From contig NC_069005.1 in assembly GCF_001194135.2 (NCBI RefSeq), forward strand, positions 3,638,374 through 3,702,373: DNA of 64,000 nucleotides, read 5' to 3'. The position numbers were made by a program, and so were the translations under genes. The DNA comes from Octopus bimaculoides (Eukaryota). Below are positions 26,724-40,331 of the stretch, in pieces. Position 1 is the stretch's first letter. Every line of letters begins with the position of its first letter. Below the pieces are notes generated by a model. It was not told the DNA's origin, did no database searches, and saw only the letters and a list, made by a program, of their open reading frames with translations.

Positions 26724-27128
26724 TGGCTGTATGGTAAGTAGCTTGCTTACCAACCACATGGTCCCGGGTCCAGTCCCACTGCGTGGCATCTTGGGCAAGT
26801 GTCTTCTACTATAGCCTCGGGCCGACCAAAGCCTTGTGAGTGGATTTGGTAGACGGAAACTGAAAGACGCCTGTCGTATATATGTATATATATATATATA
26901 TATGTATGTGTGTATGTGTCTGTATGTCTGTGTTTGTCCCCCCAACATCGCTTGACAACCGATGCTGGTGTGTTTATGTCCCCGTAACTTAGCGGTTCGG
27001 CAAAAGAAACCGATAGAATCAGTACTAGGCTTCCGAAGAATAAGTCCTGGGGTCGATTTGCTCGACTAAAGGTGGTGCTCCAGCATGGCCACAGTCAAAA
27101 GACTGAAACGAGTAAAAGAGTAAAAGAG
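26724..27128 (+). mobile_element. tRNA-derived SINE, family A (CORE-like), full length and well preserved
   Basis: Head tggctgtatggtaag..gggtccagtccc, CORE-like cttgggcaagtgtcttctactatagcctc, internal (AT/GT)n, tail ctggggtcgatttgctcgactaaaggtggtgctccagcatggcc..gagtaaaagagtaaaagag. Confidence 0.92.
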
Positions 27129-27160
<32 letters not shown>

Positions 27161-28255
27161 AATAATATACCTCTGTGTGCGCGCGTGGTGCATGTTATGT
27201 GTCTGTGTGAGTGTGGAGTAAAGAGAAACTAAGTGTTTTACTTAAAAAAAAAATACACTCAGCAACCCTAGTTTTGGAATCGAAAGAACGATCTTGCGTT
27301 TGTGAATGCGAAATCCTGACTCCTAGGCCATATATATTCATACACACACACACACACACACACTCACACACACACACATTCGCATGCATACCATCACATA
27401 TACACGTGTTTGTACAGTTTAATTTCATTTTTTTTATTCACAGTTTCATATACTAAGAGGTCAACTTTTGAATTACACCAACAGAATTCTAATCTTAAAG
27501 TAATGTCGATTATTTATAACTTTTATATAGCTACTCATATATAATGACGCGTTTATTTTCGTATAAGCAACCACTTCAGCTTACTTGACAAGAAATATCA
27601 GACCCCCGCCAGTTTCTGTGATAAGATCATTTTATAGTGTGCTTCATTTTCATTTTTCTCATTATCTCCACAAGATTCTGATATTTAAACTTTATTTCAT
27701 ACGTCCATATAATATATCATTTACATTTCTTTTGATTAATGTTTACCTAAATATTTCCCATTCTTTAAAAATTTATACAATAGCAGTCTATATTTACTAT
27801 AACTCGGTTTCCAATTTCTTTATAGTTACGATACAAATACTCTATAAACCCTTTAATATCTCTCACATCTACCATCATCTTCCACTTTTTTTTCATGTGA
27901 ATCACTTGCGGTTATTGAAAAATCTATATTAAAATGTAAGCACTAACTTTGAACAGCCCTAAGTATATGCAAGATATTTCCTATGCTTAGAAACGTATAA
28001 AAGAAAACTTTCAGGTTCCATAATTTTAAATTCTTTGAATGTTTCTTCAGTTAACGGTGTTCAATTTCTTTTTAACAGTGAAAGCAATATACGATATTCC
28101 ATTCTGATAATAGCATCTAAAATAGCTTTCTATTCTTGTACTACGATTATCACAGTTTACTTTATTTATTTATTTTTCATATTCGTGCCTTTATTATTAA
28201 CATATTAAAATTCTAGAATTAAAAAATCCTTAAGTACCGCGTTTGCTTCACTTAC

Positions 28256-28321
28256 TTAGAAACCTCCACCGATGTTCAAAATTTAGGACTTCACTCATTA
28301 GGGTTGTTTCCTTGGTGGTAA
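28256..28321 (-). CDS. Candidate symmetric phase-1 exon (unverified), 66 nt: TTKETTLMSEVLNFEHRWRFL
   Basis: Acceptor taatttatag|, strong donor TAA|GTAAGT, open frame. Phase-compatible with the neighbouring candidates. Confidence 0.22.
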
Positions 28322-28482
28322 CTATAAATTAATGTCTTCAAATGTTTGTGTGAGAGTATGTGTATGTGTCAAATGTATTGTATGTAGCACTAATACCAAA
28401 TTTTCTTTAAGATTTTCGTTTCTCCTGTGACTTTACGGTGAAATAAACAACTTGGAAATTTCCCAGAAACTGCATGAGTTAC

Positions 28483-28538
28483 TCAGTGGTTTTACAAGCT
28501 CTTCTAATTCCATTGCAATGATGGAAGCACTTCCGTAT
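28483..28538 (-). CDS. Candidate exon (unverified), 56 nt: YGSASIIAMELEELVKPL
   Basis: Acceptor cctactgtag|, donor GA|GTAACT. Phase 2 in, phase 1 out. Confidence 0.18.
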
Positions 28539-29419
28539 CTACAGTAGGTATATGAGGATTATAATGGTTTTCAGCCACTGATCGTCTACGCTTCACCTGA
28601 ATATAGCAGCGAGGGCTAAGCTCGTAGTCCGTTACTAGCGTCAATATTTTGCCCGTAAATTTACCACGTAGCGGTTCACTTATTTGATGCCTTGCCAGTC
28701 CTGTGTATTTGTTTATCATATACCTAATGTCTCTGTCCTCGCTTGAGTCATTTGAGGGTGTATATGCCTGATCATTTTAGCAGTTAAGAAAGAAGAAAAT
28801 CTAGTAATACTGCGTTAGATGTTACACAATTACTGCTTAAACACTGATTATATCTAAATAAGTAGGCCTATGACAAAGCCATCCCAGTAGTGACATTTCG
28901 CTGTTCGTATATCACAACGTATATTCATCATTGCTTTTTAGTCTTTTATGAAAGCAAAATAAAGAGATAAATGATACCTTTTAATATATTGCGTTAGGAA
29001 GTCATTCCAAGCAAGAAAATAACCGGATCTGTAGCAACAATATAAGACTCGCTAGAAGTTGCACTAAAGTAAACTTATATTATTCCACCATAAACTTCTA
29101 AGCGTTATATTTCACAAGTGTGAAAGTTTATTTCCATTTCCAAAATAAATGTATAATCATCGAGAAAATATGAATATGTGACTCACTTGTATATCTCGAA
29201 GTGAATACAACATGCAAGCTTAACTTGTAATGTATTGCGTAGAAACCCTCTCTCACACACACAAACACGCAGACATACACACACATATATGTGTGCGTAC
29301 ATATATATGTATATATATGAATGCATACATGTATGTATTCTATATGACCGGCAGAATTAGAGGTACTTCAAATTAGACATCTACTTTAAGTATGATACCA
29401 CGATTGCTTATGTGTATAA

Positions 29420-29464
<45 letters not shown>

Positions 29465-29494
29465 CGTGCGCGTGTGTGTGCGCGTGTGTGTGCG

Positions 29495-29540
29495 TGGTGT
29501 GGTGTGGTGTGGTGTGGTGTGGTGTGGTGTGGTGTGGTGT
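29495..29540. repeat. (GTGGT)n pentanucleotide repeat within a (TG)n tract
   Basis: gtggtgtggtgtggt..., ~9 units. Confidence 0.92.
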
Positions 29541-29741
29541 GTGTGTTTGTCTTTTGTGTTTGTGTGTGTTTACGTACATATAGATGTCCTTTTATGCTGT
29601 CGTACATTTACATTATATGACACTTTCGCTTTTCGATTTAAGTTTGCTGGAGAAGAGACCATGCCTCTGCATGCCTGGTTTAACTCTGATCTGAGATGTA
29701 ACTAAATGTTAAGGAATGACAGCGCTCCACTAAAACAACTC

Positions 29742-30077
29742 TCATGAATTTTGTACTGCAGCAATGTTACGCACAAAACGGGAATTATATACTATAACAG
29801 TATCTTTCATAGTTCTTTTACGTTTTGCCATTTGATGACACAAGAGGCGGTCAACTGCATGAAATAGAAATAATATATTAGTATTGGCATAACGCATAAA
29901 CAGTCATGAATTTTATACTGCAATAATGTTACGCAGAAAACATAAAATATATACTGTAACCCTATCTTTCACCTTCTTTATGTAATACAGATATTGCTAT
30001 TTGAATTTGATAACACAGAAGACGGTAATCTATCTGCTGGAATAGAAATAATACACTAATATTAGCATAATAATGCA
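29742..30077 (+). repeat. Diverged tandem duplication, period ~162 bp, two copies
   Basis: tcatgaattttgtactgcagcaatgttacgcacaaaac (29742) vs tcatgaattttatactgcaataatgttacgcagaaaac (29904). Further shared anchors tatctttca, tgat.acaca, gaaatagaaataata. Confidence 0.8.
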
Positions 30078-31268
30078 GGCGACATTATCCAGTTAGCAAG
30101 AAATATTTATGTGTGAGGAAAACAAAAACGATGCAACTCAAGGATTAACTAGAATGATTTTATAATTTTATGGTAAATTCTTGAAGGAAACACCCATTAA
30201 TTTCGTTTTACGTACGACCTTATCATAAAACTTGCATTTTCCTAGTGAAAACTGAATTTTGGTTTGAACAATTATAGAAAATATTCAGGTTCTTTACGAA
30301 ATATCAGCCGACAGAACATACTTGATATGACCGCGTTCTGATATCGTGTTTGGTTACGATTTTTAATATGATTTTATATTTGATGCCGTGCGCGTAACAG
30401 AGGACACATAGAGGGAGAAAGACTGGATGAAGATATTCATCGATTTTGAAATGTTGTTTCGTTACTGCTACAAAGGTCACATGTGACGGTGATAATGACG
30501 GTGATAATGTGGGTGATGTTGTTGCTGATAATGATGAAGAAGAATCTTTTTGCTGGTGGTGGCGATGATCCTTATGATCGAGAAAAATAAATAGAAAAAT
30601 AAATGGAAAATGAAAATTACAAAACGAGAAAAACAGAAAGAGATCGTGGACGCGAAAACGCAAAAGAAGCGCTGAAAAAATGAACCATCATCATCGTTAG
30701 TAACAGCAGCGAATAGAAGAAGTAGGAGAAGGAGGTTTAGGTGCTGGAGGAATGGGGGATGCAGTATAGAATAATGCAGTAAGCATAGTCGATGTTGAAG
30801 GTGAAGAAAACTGAGAACATTGTAAAACTAGAAATGTATGCATGCTCTTGTGAGTAATAAAACGGCATGAAGCAATTTTCGTTAAATTTTTGTGATTTTT
30901 TTTACAATTTTTGTCTCTATCCAGACACATTTACTTCAGTGGGTTTTTTTTTCTTTTTTTTCTTTTTCATTTCTCACACTGCAATATACTTTTACATTTT
31001 CAGCATGAGAAAATAGATCAAATAAATTTATGACACAGGATTGCGACAAAAAAAAAAAAGGAAACAAAAATCAAACAAAATAGGAGAGGAAAACACCAAC
31101 AGAAAGAGAAAAGAAGAAGTTGGTTTTCAAGAAGGAGAACGATTCGAAGGAAACAAAATAGTTTAAAGGAGATAACACGGCAACAGCACTTAAAAAATAT
31201 TTTAAAAAAATATCTGAAATATATAGATGATACAACAGCGTCAACAACAAAAACAACAGCACAAGAGG

Positions 31269-31335
31269 AATAATAATAATAATGATAATGATAATAATAG
31301 TAATAATAATAGTAATAATAATAATAATAATAATA
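31269..31335. repeat. (AAT)n microsatellite (interrupted)
   Basis: Read directly. Confidence 0.93.
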
Positions 31336-31850
31336 ACCACAACTATATATTAAGCGCAAATAGGAGTGGGGTGTAATGTCGCTGATGTCTTCGTTCGCAG
31401 TTTTACACAACTATCTTCGTAAATTTCAAATAACTACGTTAGTTTCGAATGATGCAGTTCTTTGTGATATTTTATTACTATGAATACAATTACAAGGACG
31501 CAACTTACAGCTATGTGATATTCTTACCAATAATACGGGCGTCATCTATTGGCTGAAAGTACAAGAACCAAGAAGTTTATATCCTGGAAATATTTTGTTG
31601 GGTGTCAGTTATTCTGGTTTTTGTAAAGTGTGGAAACAAAGCTGTCGTTTCGTGATATAAGACAGATCCTATACAAAGAGCGGTGACTCGAAAGAGATGT
31701 TTCGTTATCCATGTCAACGGAACATTTGTGATGCCTGTATCATTAAGGCACCCGTTTTGAGTACGTAACTTCTATAATAGTCCCAGGAAAATCCCAGTCT
31801 TCTGTGCGAATCTGCTTCTTGGAAGCTGTGTGGAAGATTATGGTATATAT

Positions 31851-31851
<1 letters not shown>

Positions 31852-31938
<87 letters not shown>
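31852..31938. repeat. (TG)n microsatellite, ~43 units
   Basis: Read directly. Confidence 0.97.
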
Positions 31939-31941
<3 letters not shown>

Positions 31942-33031
31942 TGCACATGTGTATGTGTGCTTGTGTGTGTGTATATTATTATTAACAAGAGTAATGCTAA
32001 CTGCAGTGACTTCGACATATCCGCCTGCATGACAATCATCAGTCACTCCGGTGAAGGCCAGTCGGCGTTCGTAACTTTGAAGTTGTTTTCAGCACTATTT
32101 TGGATGTGAATAATATATATGTACTCTACAAATAATTTTTAGGAATCACTCACATCTGATTTTGTTTTCACACGATAATAGAATGAAATATTTGAGTAAA
32201 GATAACACTTAACTCTATGTAGATACATAAAACCCTAGAAGGATGCAGAGTTCACATCCCAATGAGTTACAAACCGGACATAATAATGTAGGGCTCGGAA
32301 AAAAAGTTTGGAAAACAGCTAAAATCTTTTTGCCGAGCAGACAACAACATACTGTTAACGGTTGTTCATAATGATTGAAAATATGTACTTAATCCTTCAC
32401 GACTAGAGTTTTAGATTTCTAACAATAGTTGCTGGAGATGTTTCGTAATAGACGTTCTCAAAACCAAATTTTAGACACTGTATAAAATAAAAATGAATTC
32501 GCTTTAAAAAAGTGAAGCTACAAGCTATTAAACACACTGTCATATTATATAAAACATTCAAGACATTTCTCATGTAGTAAGCTCCCCATACATAATTAGA
32601 ATTACATATACGTCTATTCTCACACGTCTTAAACGGGGTTGTCGTATATTGTTTATTTTTCCTCGCTTCTCTTAATGCTTTCCTTTCTCTTTGATAAATG
32701 ACATTATCTAAAATGCTACTTTATTGTTCATTTCTGCTCTTAACGTATTTATCTTCAATGTCCATTTTGTTCATTATGATAATGTTCATCTTATATAACT
32801 ATACATTCACATGCTTTCGTTTGTTTAACTGCAAGTATTATGTATTTAATGTGTGTTGCCTCTGCCATTTTTTAAAGCCAAGTGGGATTAAAAACCGCAG
32901 CAATGTCCGTTCCAACGGAACAGCTGTGTTCCGTTCATAGTACAGTTACTTCATAGTAGAGTTACTGCGTTCATCTCTATCAGATATTTTATAACTAGCT
33001 TCTTTGCTTATTATGTGTTTGTGATATCTTC

Positions 33032-33095
<64 letters not shown>

Positions 33096-33514
33096 NNNNN
33101 NNNNNNNNNNNNNNNNNNNNNNNNNNNNNNNNNNNNNNNNNNNNNNNNNNNNNNNNNNNNNNNNNNNNNNNNNNNNNNNNNNNNTATATATATGTGTGTG
33201 TGTGTGTGTGTGGCTGTGTTTACATATGCTGCTTTGCAAACCAAGATCTCGGGATGTATCTTTCATTTTTCACTTACTGGAGCTATTGGATCATGATCGT
33301 GTCGATACACTTCCACAGGCATGTCTAATCGAAAACATTGACCCAAGTACTTATTTTAAGTCTCATATTTATGCAAACGGTCTCTTTTCTGACACCACTG
33401 ATTAGAAGAATGTAAACAAAAGAACACAGGCATTTAAGTGGTGGTGGGAGACCAACAAACACTCACGCACACACAAACACACACACTAACATATATATTT
33501 CAGTTTATACAGGA

Positions 33515-33672
33515 GGGGCCCCACAGAGTTTCAGTTGTTCAAATTTGTTCATATAGTGTTGGTCACCCTGTAACTATAGTGGATCACACTCGCCCAATGT
33601 GCCACGAAGGGGAAATGAATTTGAAACCATGTGATTGCAAACCGATCTTCTTAATCACGCACGCATACCTTC
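33515..33672 (-). mobile_element. SINE family A 5' half, strongly degenerate
   Basis: actatagtggatcacactcgcccaatgtgccacg..tttgaaaccatgtgattgcaaaccgatcttcttaatcac is the RC of the family A head. Confidence 0.6.
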
Positions 33673-36540
33673 CATACAATGGAGAATATTTCTAGACAAA
33701 TATGACTTTAAATCCTGTTGAACAAACACCAGTTAATAAATAATATTAACGTAGTATTCAATACTTTCCTAACACATTACAGTAATTACTTTTGTTGAAG
33801 TACCATTATACATTAACAGAGATATCTTGAATAAAGAAATCCATTTTGCATTCAAAGAAAATAAACTCAAGTGGATAACTATCCCTCTAGAAAATAATTT
33901 CTTTTTTCATATAAAATGTTAACATAAAAAAAGTATAGAATTCAAATTTGTTATGAATCCCACTTAATTTTTTGACGAATTGCAACAAACGCTTTTATAT
34001 CAGATTTGTTATTGGAGAGAACATAACGAGACAATGAGGCAATTGAAGATAAATATATATGCTTGCGTTGTAAATTCATAATTGGGTATCGGGTCTTGCT
34101 AATGTGGAAACGCTAGTTGTAATTGTCAAAATTCTCAATTCTCTTTTCCTTTCTACGACAGCGTTAGCAAGAACTAGTACTTATTTCCCTCTGCATTTTT
34201 GGATCGAACTAATATTTGTTCTCCTGAGAGCAAACATAGCCACGTGGTTAAGCAGATCTCCTCCGAAATACGTTATACCTCTCTCGTATTTTAATGTGCA
34301 GCACAATGAAAATATATTTTCTGCCGTGAAACTTTACAATGATTGTCAGATAAGCATATTGTAGAGAGAGATTTCGAGATAAACAATTTGTATCATAGAT
34401 TTGACTTCGTGATATTCATACATGTCATTCTTTTCCACTTCCTGGACGACTTCGTTTCACCTAACTGTAAGTTATGCTATGTTTTTAAATGCGATACTGT
34501 TCATAGATTTAATGTGTTAGAGATATGTAAACAGCAAAACAAAATTGAGAATTTTTGTTTTTAGTCTTATTACCATAATCCATACAATATTTGAGCAAAG
34601 CCCATCGAACAGTTATTACTGGCTATTTTATTGATACGTTGTCGAAGTGTTACCTTCAGCAGGTTTAGACAACCTACTAAAAGGTGAAAGATGTAGCCAA
34701 ATTTCCCTGTTATTCGACGCCACAGACTTGAGAAAAAGGACACATAATACAATATATTCACAAACTTCTAAAACAAACGAAAAAAAAAATTTAAGCTGAA
34801 AGCTGGGATGACTTTGTGACTAAATAAATCTCAGAAAGTAAACTTTTACAACAGCCAAAAGTTCTATTTATTTGTTTCTAAATTTCATAAAAGGCTTTCA
34901 TAAGTAGTGAATTAAACAACCTGAACGAAGGAGGAAATTCGAAGATATGACAATCCTTTTTAAAATAATATAGCAACAACATCTCGATCAATAGATTTAT
35001 GTTGGGATATAATTAGGAAAATGTATAGCACGTGCGCCGGTAGTATAAAATGTGGATAAATAAAATACCCTGCAAGCAATATGATGTGATATTTTACCCA
35101 TTCTATAATGCTCTACAGTCATTATTATCATGCAACATCAGCCTATGAAAAAAGAAGAAATGGGATGGTCACGGCTAGAAGGCATGCCGATAAACAGGGC
35201 TCAAACGGCAAGTTGAGAGTAAACAAATACTTATAGAAGATAGCTAATTATATATCACACATTCCAAGCAGGGGAATGACAAACTATTCTTTGTCTTTTT
35301 CAATTCCTTTCTGACTAAATATATAGATTTGAGGCATGAATTATTGGAAATTGTTGTGCTCATGTATGCACCATTATTGGAATTACCGAATTTCGTAAAA
35401 ATCTTGTTTGGAATCGAACTTGAATCCAATATTCGAGTTATGAGTCTTTTCATCACAAATGTTATGCCGCTCACCAGGCGAGGAGACAAAAATCGTTCAA
35501 TATGACGATAATATAACGTGAAAAGTGAGGTTTCGACTTCAATCAAAATTGTTTCCTTGCCAAGTCTATTCTAAATATAAAAATGTTACTGTTCAATCTT
35601 CTATGGCTAACAGCGATCCACCTTTCCAATTATGTACTGAAATAATATGAGAAATCCTAAACAAAAACCGATTGATATTCAATATGACACTCGACAACTG
35701 TTTGGCAATTCTTCCACATTTAATATCCTCTATAGAATCAAAACTTCCAAAGCTAGTGTCCTTATGTGGCCCTGGAAAATATTGCCATACCAAATATCAA
35801 ATAAATAAAGCGAAAATAAATCATCTTGCACAGGGAGTTATCCCCTTGAAGTAAATATTTTCAATAGAAAAAGTAATGAAACGAAAACGTTCAAGCATCG
35901 TTGGAATTTATTGCTGTCGATGCATCAGATTTTCTGATTTGAGGGTCTGTTATTGAAATCCTTCTTTTCTCTTGTATAGTATAACATGTTGTACAATCCT
36001 TTGACAAAATATATTCACGTAATAAAAGGGTGAGTAGTGAATCGGATTAGCAGTTCGGATCACGGCCAAAATAATTAGAGAAATATATGTTTTTATTTTA
36101 TGCCTCAGTTCGGGAAGAATAGAGTCGGAGGTAAAAGGTTCCCAGTCTGTTAATAAGTATTACACAGTATTTCTTCCTATGTGGTTCAAAAGTGCTCATT
36201 ATTGATGAAAAATTCATATTACTTCTGAAGAAGGCACATATTTTCGGATTTGTAGCCGATGTTTATATCTTTTAGCAATATATAACTCCAAATCTTGTGC
36301 CTATATACATAGATAAAGCATGTCGTGAATGGCATTAAATAATCTATGAGGATATGTTATGATAGATTATGATACTGAGATGCATAAACTACACAATATA
36401 ATTAATAGATTATTATATAACTCATTATATAAAGCATTTTTTCATAATTTGTAGAAACAGATAAACAAGGTAAACATTTCTGAGGAGTCTATAATTGTAT
36501 TCATCATGTAATAGCAAAAAATATTAATAATAATGATAAT

Positions 36541-36910
36541 AATAAGGAAGCCATACATAGTTTTAATTGCGAGAGAAAGCAAACTATGCTGGATCATAGA
36601 CATATTATGCTCAGCTGACAACAAGGTATGCGATAAGGAAGAAAGAAAAGTCGAGAGATATGACAGGTCAGCTTGGGAGTTTAAGCAGCTGTGGTCGATG
36701 AAAAGCGTAGCGGTAGAACCAATAATTGTCGGAGCCCTGGGAACAGTGAGTAAAAATCTTAAGAAGTACATGGAATAAATAGGAGCTGCAATAACGATGG
36801 TGCACTTGTAGAAGTTTTATCTTAGTTCACTGGTAGTGAACAGCTGACACCGTAGTACATATCCAGTGTTAGAAGCTATGCAAAGGCATTAATAATAATA
36901 ATAACGATAA
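36541..36910 (+). mobile_element. 5'-truncated non-LTR retrotransposon (RLE type, R4/Dong-like), endonuclease domain plus 3' UTR and (AAT)n tail
   Basis: ORF 36533-36778: RKPYIVLIARESKLCWIIDILCSADNKVCDKEERKVERYDRSAWEFKQLWSMKSVAVEPIIVGALGTV. This matches the restriction-like endonuclease pattern RKPD..IID..P..EEK.KY..L..E...LW...V.PIIVGALG, with the PD motif mutated to PY. Flanked by aat repeats. Confidence 0.85.
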
Positions 36911-36911
36911 T

Positions 36912-38330
36912 ATCATCGGGATGGAATTCGGGATTGAACAGCATTGTATGATTATCATAAAAAAAGGCAATGTAGTTTGATCAGATGATGTACAACTGCC
37001 CTGTGGTGAGAGAATCAAGGATGTTCAGAACCGTGGATATACATATCTGGGTAATTCTGAATATGACAAAATCAAAAATGAGATGAAGGGGCGCTTTAGG
37101 TAAGAATAGTTGAGTAGAACCAAATTAATTCTGGAAAATGAAATCAATCGAAAGAACAAGATCAGAGGAATGAATACGTGGGATGTCTCCTCAAAGCAAT
37201 ACTCCCATGTTCTGTTAGGTAGACAAAGAATGAGTTAGAGGAAATGAATATCAAGACTAGGCAAGCCGTGACAATGAAGAAGGAACTGCACCCAAAAGCG
37301 ATATCGATAGACAGTATGTGCCTAGGTACGAGGGAAGAAGAGGCCTCATAGAATGCACGATCTGCACTGTCAATGAGAAAAACAGTCTGGGTTGGTAGGT
37401 CAAATAACAGAATGAACCTTTGGTCTTCGGCGCTAGAAATAGCAACTCCTACTGAAAATATGACACATTCAAACATAACAGAGGACACAGATTCAATAAC
37501 TAGAAAATAGAAATAATGCATGGGCATTACCTTAGAGATGTCGAAGGGAAAGACAAGAGCAACAGTTGGAGGGGGTTAAAGAGACATGCACTAAGGCATT
37601 TGTATGCAGCGCTCAGGTGCAAGCTCTAATAATACTAAGCTCCAATTTAATATTGAATCACCTTTTTGTAGTATGTGTGGCAGCCAAAACAGCGGCAATC
37701 ACACAAGTTGTGAGTGAGTAAGTGCAGGAGAGTGGAACAAAAGGAATACGAACTGAGGTACGTGTCCAAGTCTGTTCGCTGGAGATTGTGTGAGAAGTGC
37801 TGTTTGGAGAGAACATTGAAATGATAGTAACATAAAGTAGAAGGCGTTAGCTAGCATAATGTATACAAAATCTTGCGGGATTTTAAAACCTACTGTGACT
37901 CAGAGGTTGAAGCTTGGAGGCCAGATAGTGTGATAGTGGATAAAAGGGAGAAGAACATCAAGATCATACACCTTGCCCTACCTGAGGTTGTGCGGTGGGA
38001 TACAACAGGAAGAAATTGAAAAGTACAAGGTACTAAAATACTAAATTACAGGAATGTGAAGACTCCCAGTAGTTGTAGGGGCACTCAGAACACAAAATCC
38101 CAGCTTGAGAAATATTACGGAGAAAATGGAATTGACATTCAGATATAAAATGCTCAAAAAGCTACTGTATTAGGGACAGCGACGATTTTGAAATTGGTTC
38201 TTAGGTGTTACGTATCGTGGAAAAAAGCCCTTGTGAGATCTATGATAACACTTTACGGCCCGCTATTACATTACCGAAGCAAATAAAATCGAGAGATCTT
38301 TGAAGTAAAATGGAAATAATAATTACAAAT
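36912..38330 (+). mobile_element. Decayed RLE-type non-LTR retrotransposon: RT C-terminus, thumb, zinc knuckle and RLE
   Basis: Across stops and frameshifts: IGMEFGIEQ.CMIIIKKG, GYTYLG, KNKIRGMNTW, LHPK, MHGHYLRD, AAQVQAL, CSMCG, QKEY..R, WRLCEK, KILRDFK..D.EVEAWRPDSVIVDK, PVVVGAL, KATVLGTA.IL. Confidence 0.9.
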
Positions 38331-38431
38331 GCTATGCTTTTTGTTTTCCCATACACACAATAAGTTGGTAGATGTACGATGAATCTATAACGATTTTTAT
38401 CATTTTTATTTCTTCATTTATTTATCATCAT

Positions 38432-38474
<43 letters not shown>

Positions 38475-38665
38475 CATTTACTGAACCAGATATCACATTA
38501 TATGAAAGAAACCAGTAACAGAAAAACATTAAAATAAAAAGTGAAAAAATAATAGAGAAAAAATCTGACAAATACATTGATAAATCATGCTGCAGAACTC
38601 AATTTAATGTATATTGTTTTTATTTCTAACTAAATATATTGCTTGCTCATACACACATACACACA

Positions 38666-38714
<49 letters not shown>

Positions 38715-38731
38715 ACTCTCTCTCTCTCTCT

Positions 38732-38763
<32 letters not shown>

Positions 38764-39649
38764 TATTTTATGCAATATACACTGGCACACATGTGTCTGT
38801 ATATGTGTGACATAATCAAATGATGTCCAACACAGCAGCATTGTCGGATGTGAGACTGTACTCCATAACCTCAAGTCATATATTGCAATATATGTTTTTC
38901 AGTTAGAGTTGTATACGACTTTTCAGTTTTATGTCTATTGTTGATGTATCAGTTTTTTTACAGTTACAACCACAGATTCCATCGCTATAGATACTGTAAC
39001 CAGTTGCAATATATCAATGATAGAGTGATGAGTTTTTGTTGTTGTCTTGTCTTATTTTCATCTCGTATTTACGAATGGAAAACCGCAATCTGGACAGTTT
39101 ATTGCTGGTTTATGATATATATTAGATACTATGCAACAAGCATCTTGAATTTCCTGAAATTCTCTCAGCTACCACAGATATTAGACGAATAGCTCTATGA
39201 TGAATATTGCCAATGTAAATAGTCATATCGAGGTTCAAGAATTCATACAAACGCAACGATATAGAATTCATATGCACAAAGATATTTAGATATTTATGAA
39301 AATATTCAACGCTATTCTTGATATGGTATTTTGTGTAAACACCTCCTGAATTCTAGAAGCATGGTTTTGAAGAGAAAGGACGAATGAGATTACATCGAAT
39401 ACCATAAAGAGTAGAGTCTTGTTTTATTGAAATTTATCTTCGCTTACAAGGTTTGTAGAATAACGTTTGCTCCGAATGAAAAGAGCTGAACATTTGGAAG
39501 ATCATAACATTTCCAATATTGGCTTCCTATTAATTAAAATGTATGCATATTGTCCGAAAATAGGCAGGTTGTCTGTGGACATGGATTTTTTGTTTTTACA
39601 ACTATGGTTGTGTGTATTACGTCCAAGGAACAGCGCCCTCCATTGTGAC

Positions 39650-39890
39650 GGGGTACTAACCACAGAAATTAAAACAAAAATTGAGTACATCAGAAGGGTG
39701 AGGAAGCTAATGAAGTCAAAGCTAAATGGTCTGAATCAAGTGAAGGTTGTTAATACTTGGGGAGTATCCTTACTTAGATACTCAGCAGCTTTTGTAGATT
39801 AGACAAAAACTGAATTAGCAAAGCTTGACAAAAATGAAACTAGGAAGGAATTCAATATGAATGGAGGACACCACCCAACTGCACTAATAG
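39650..39890 (+). mobile_element. Third RLE-type retrotransposon RT/thumb fragment
   Basis: EYIRRVRKLMKSKLNGLNQVKVVNTWGVSLLRYSAAFVD*TKTELAKLDK..TRKEFNMNGGHHP. Confidence 0.85.
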
Positions 39891-40290
39891 CAAGAAATCC
39901 TTTATGCTTTTCCCTATCACTGAAGCTATGATGAATATATTTTGCTTTTAACATTAAAACGTTATTTAGATCTAAACTTGACTGGTTGCGTTCCCTACTC
40001 TCCTATAACGTTGGTACAAATTTTGATGTAATTTTTTTTTTATTTGACCAAATCCCAATTCATTTATGCCAAAATGTAGCTAGGGACCAGTCCTCTTCAA
40101 AAGCGTTAGGAAGAAGTTCTGAACGATGCTGCGTGTGAGTAAATTGTGGCCTTAAGAATATTATTCAACTACTACCGTAGTTGAATGATATAGAGATAAG
40201 AACAATGTAATCTATAATAAATTATATCAAAAGACTTATATATTCATAAGATTACACATATCTTTAGAAGCTGATAATTATTTAGGATAT

Positions 40291-40331
<41 letters not shown>

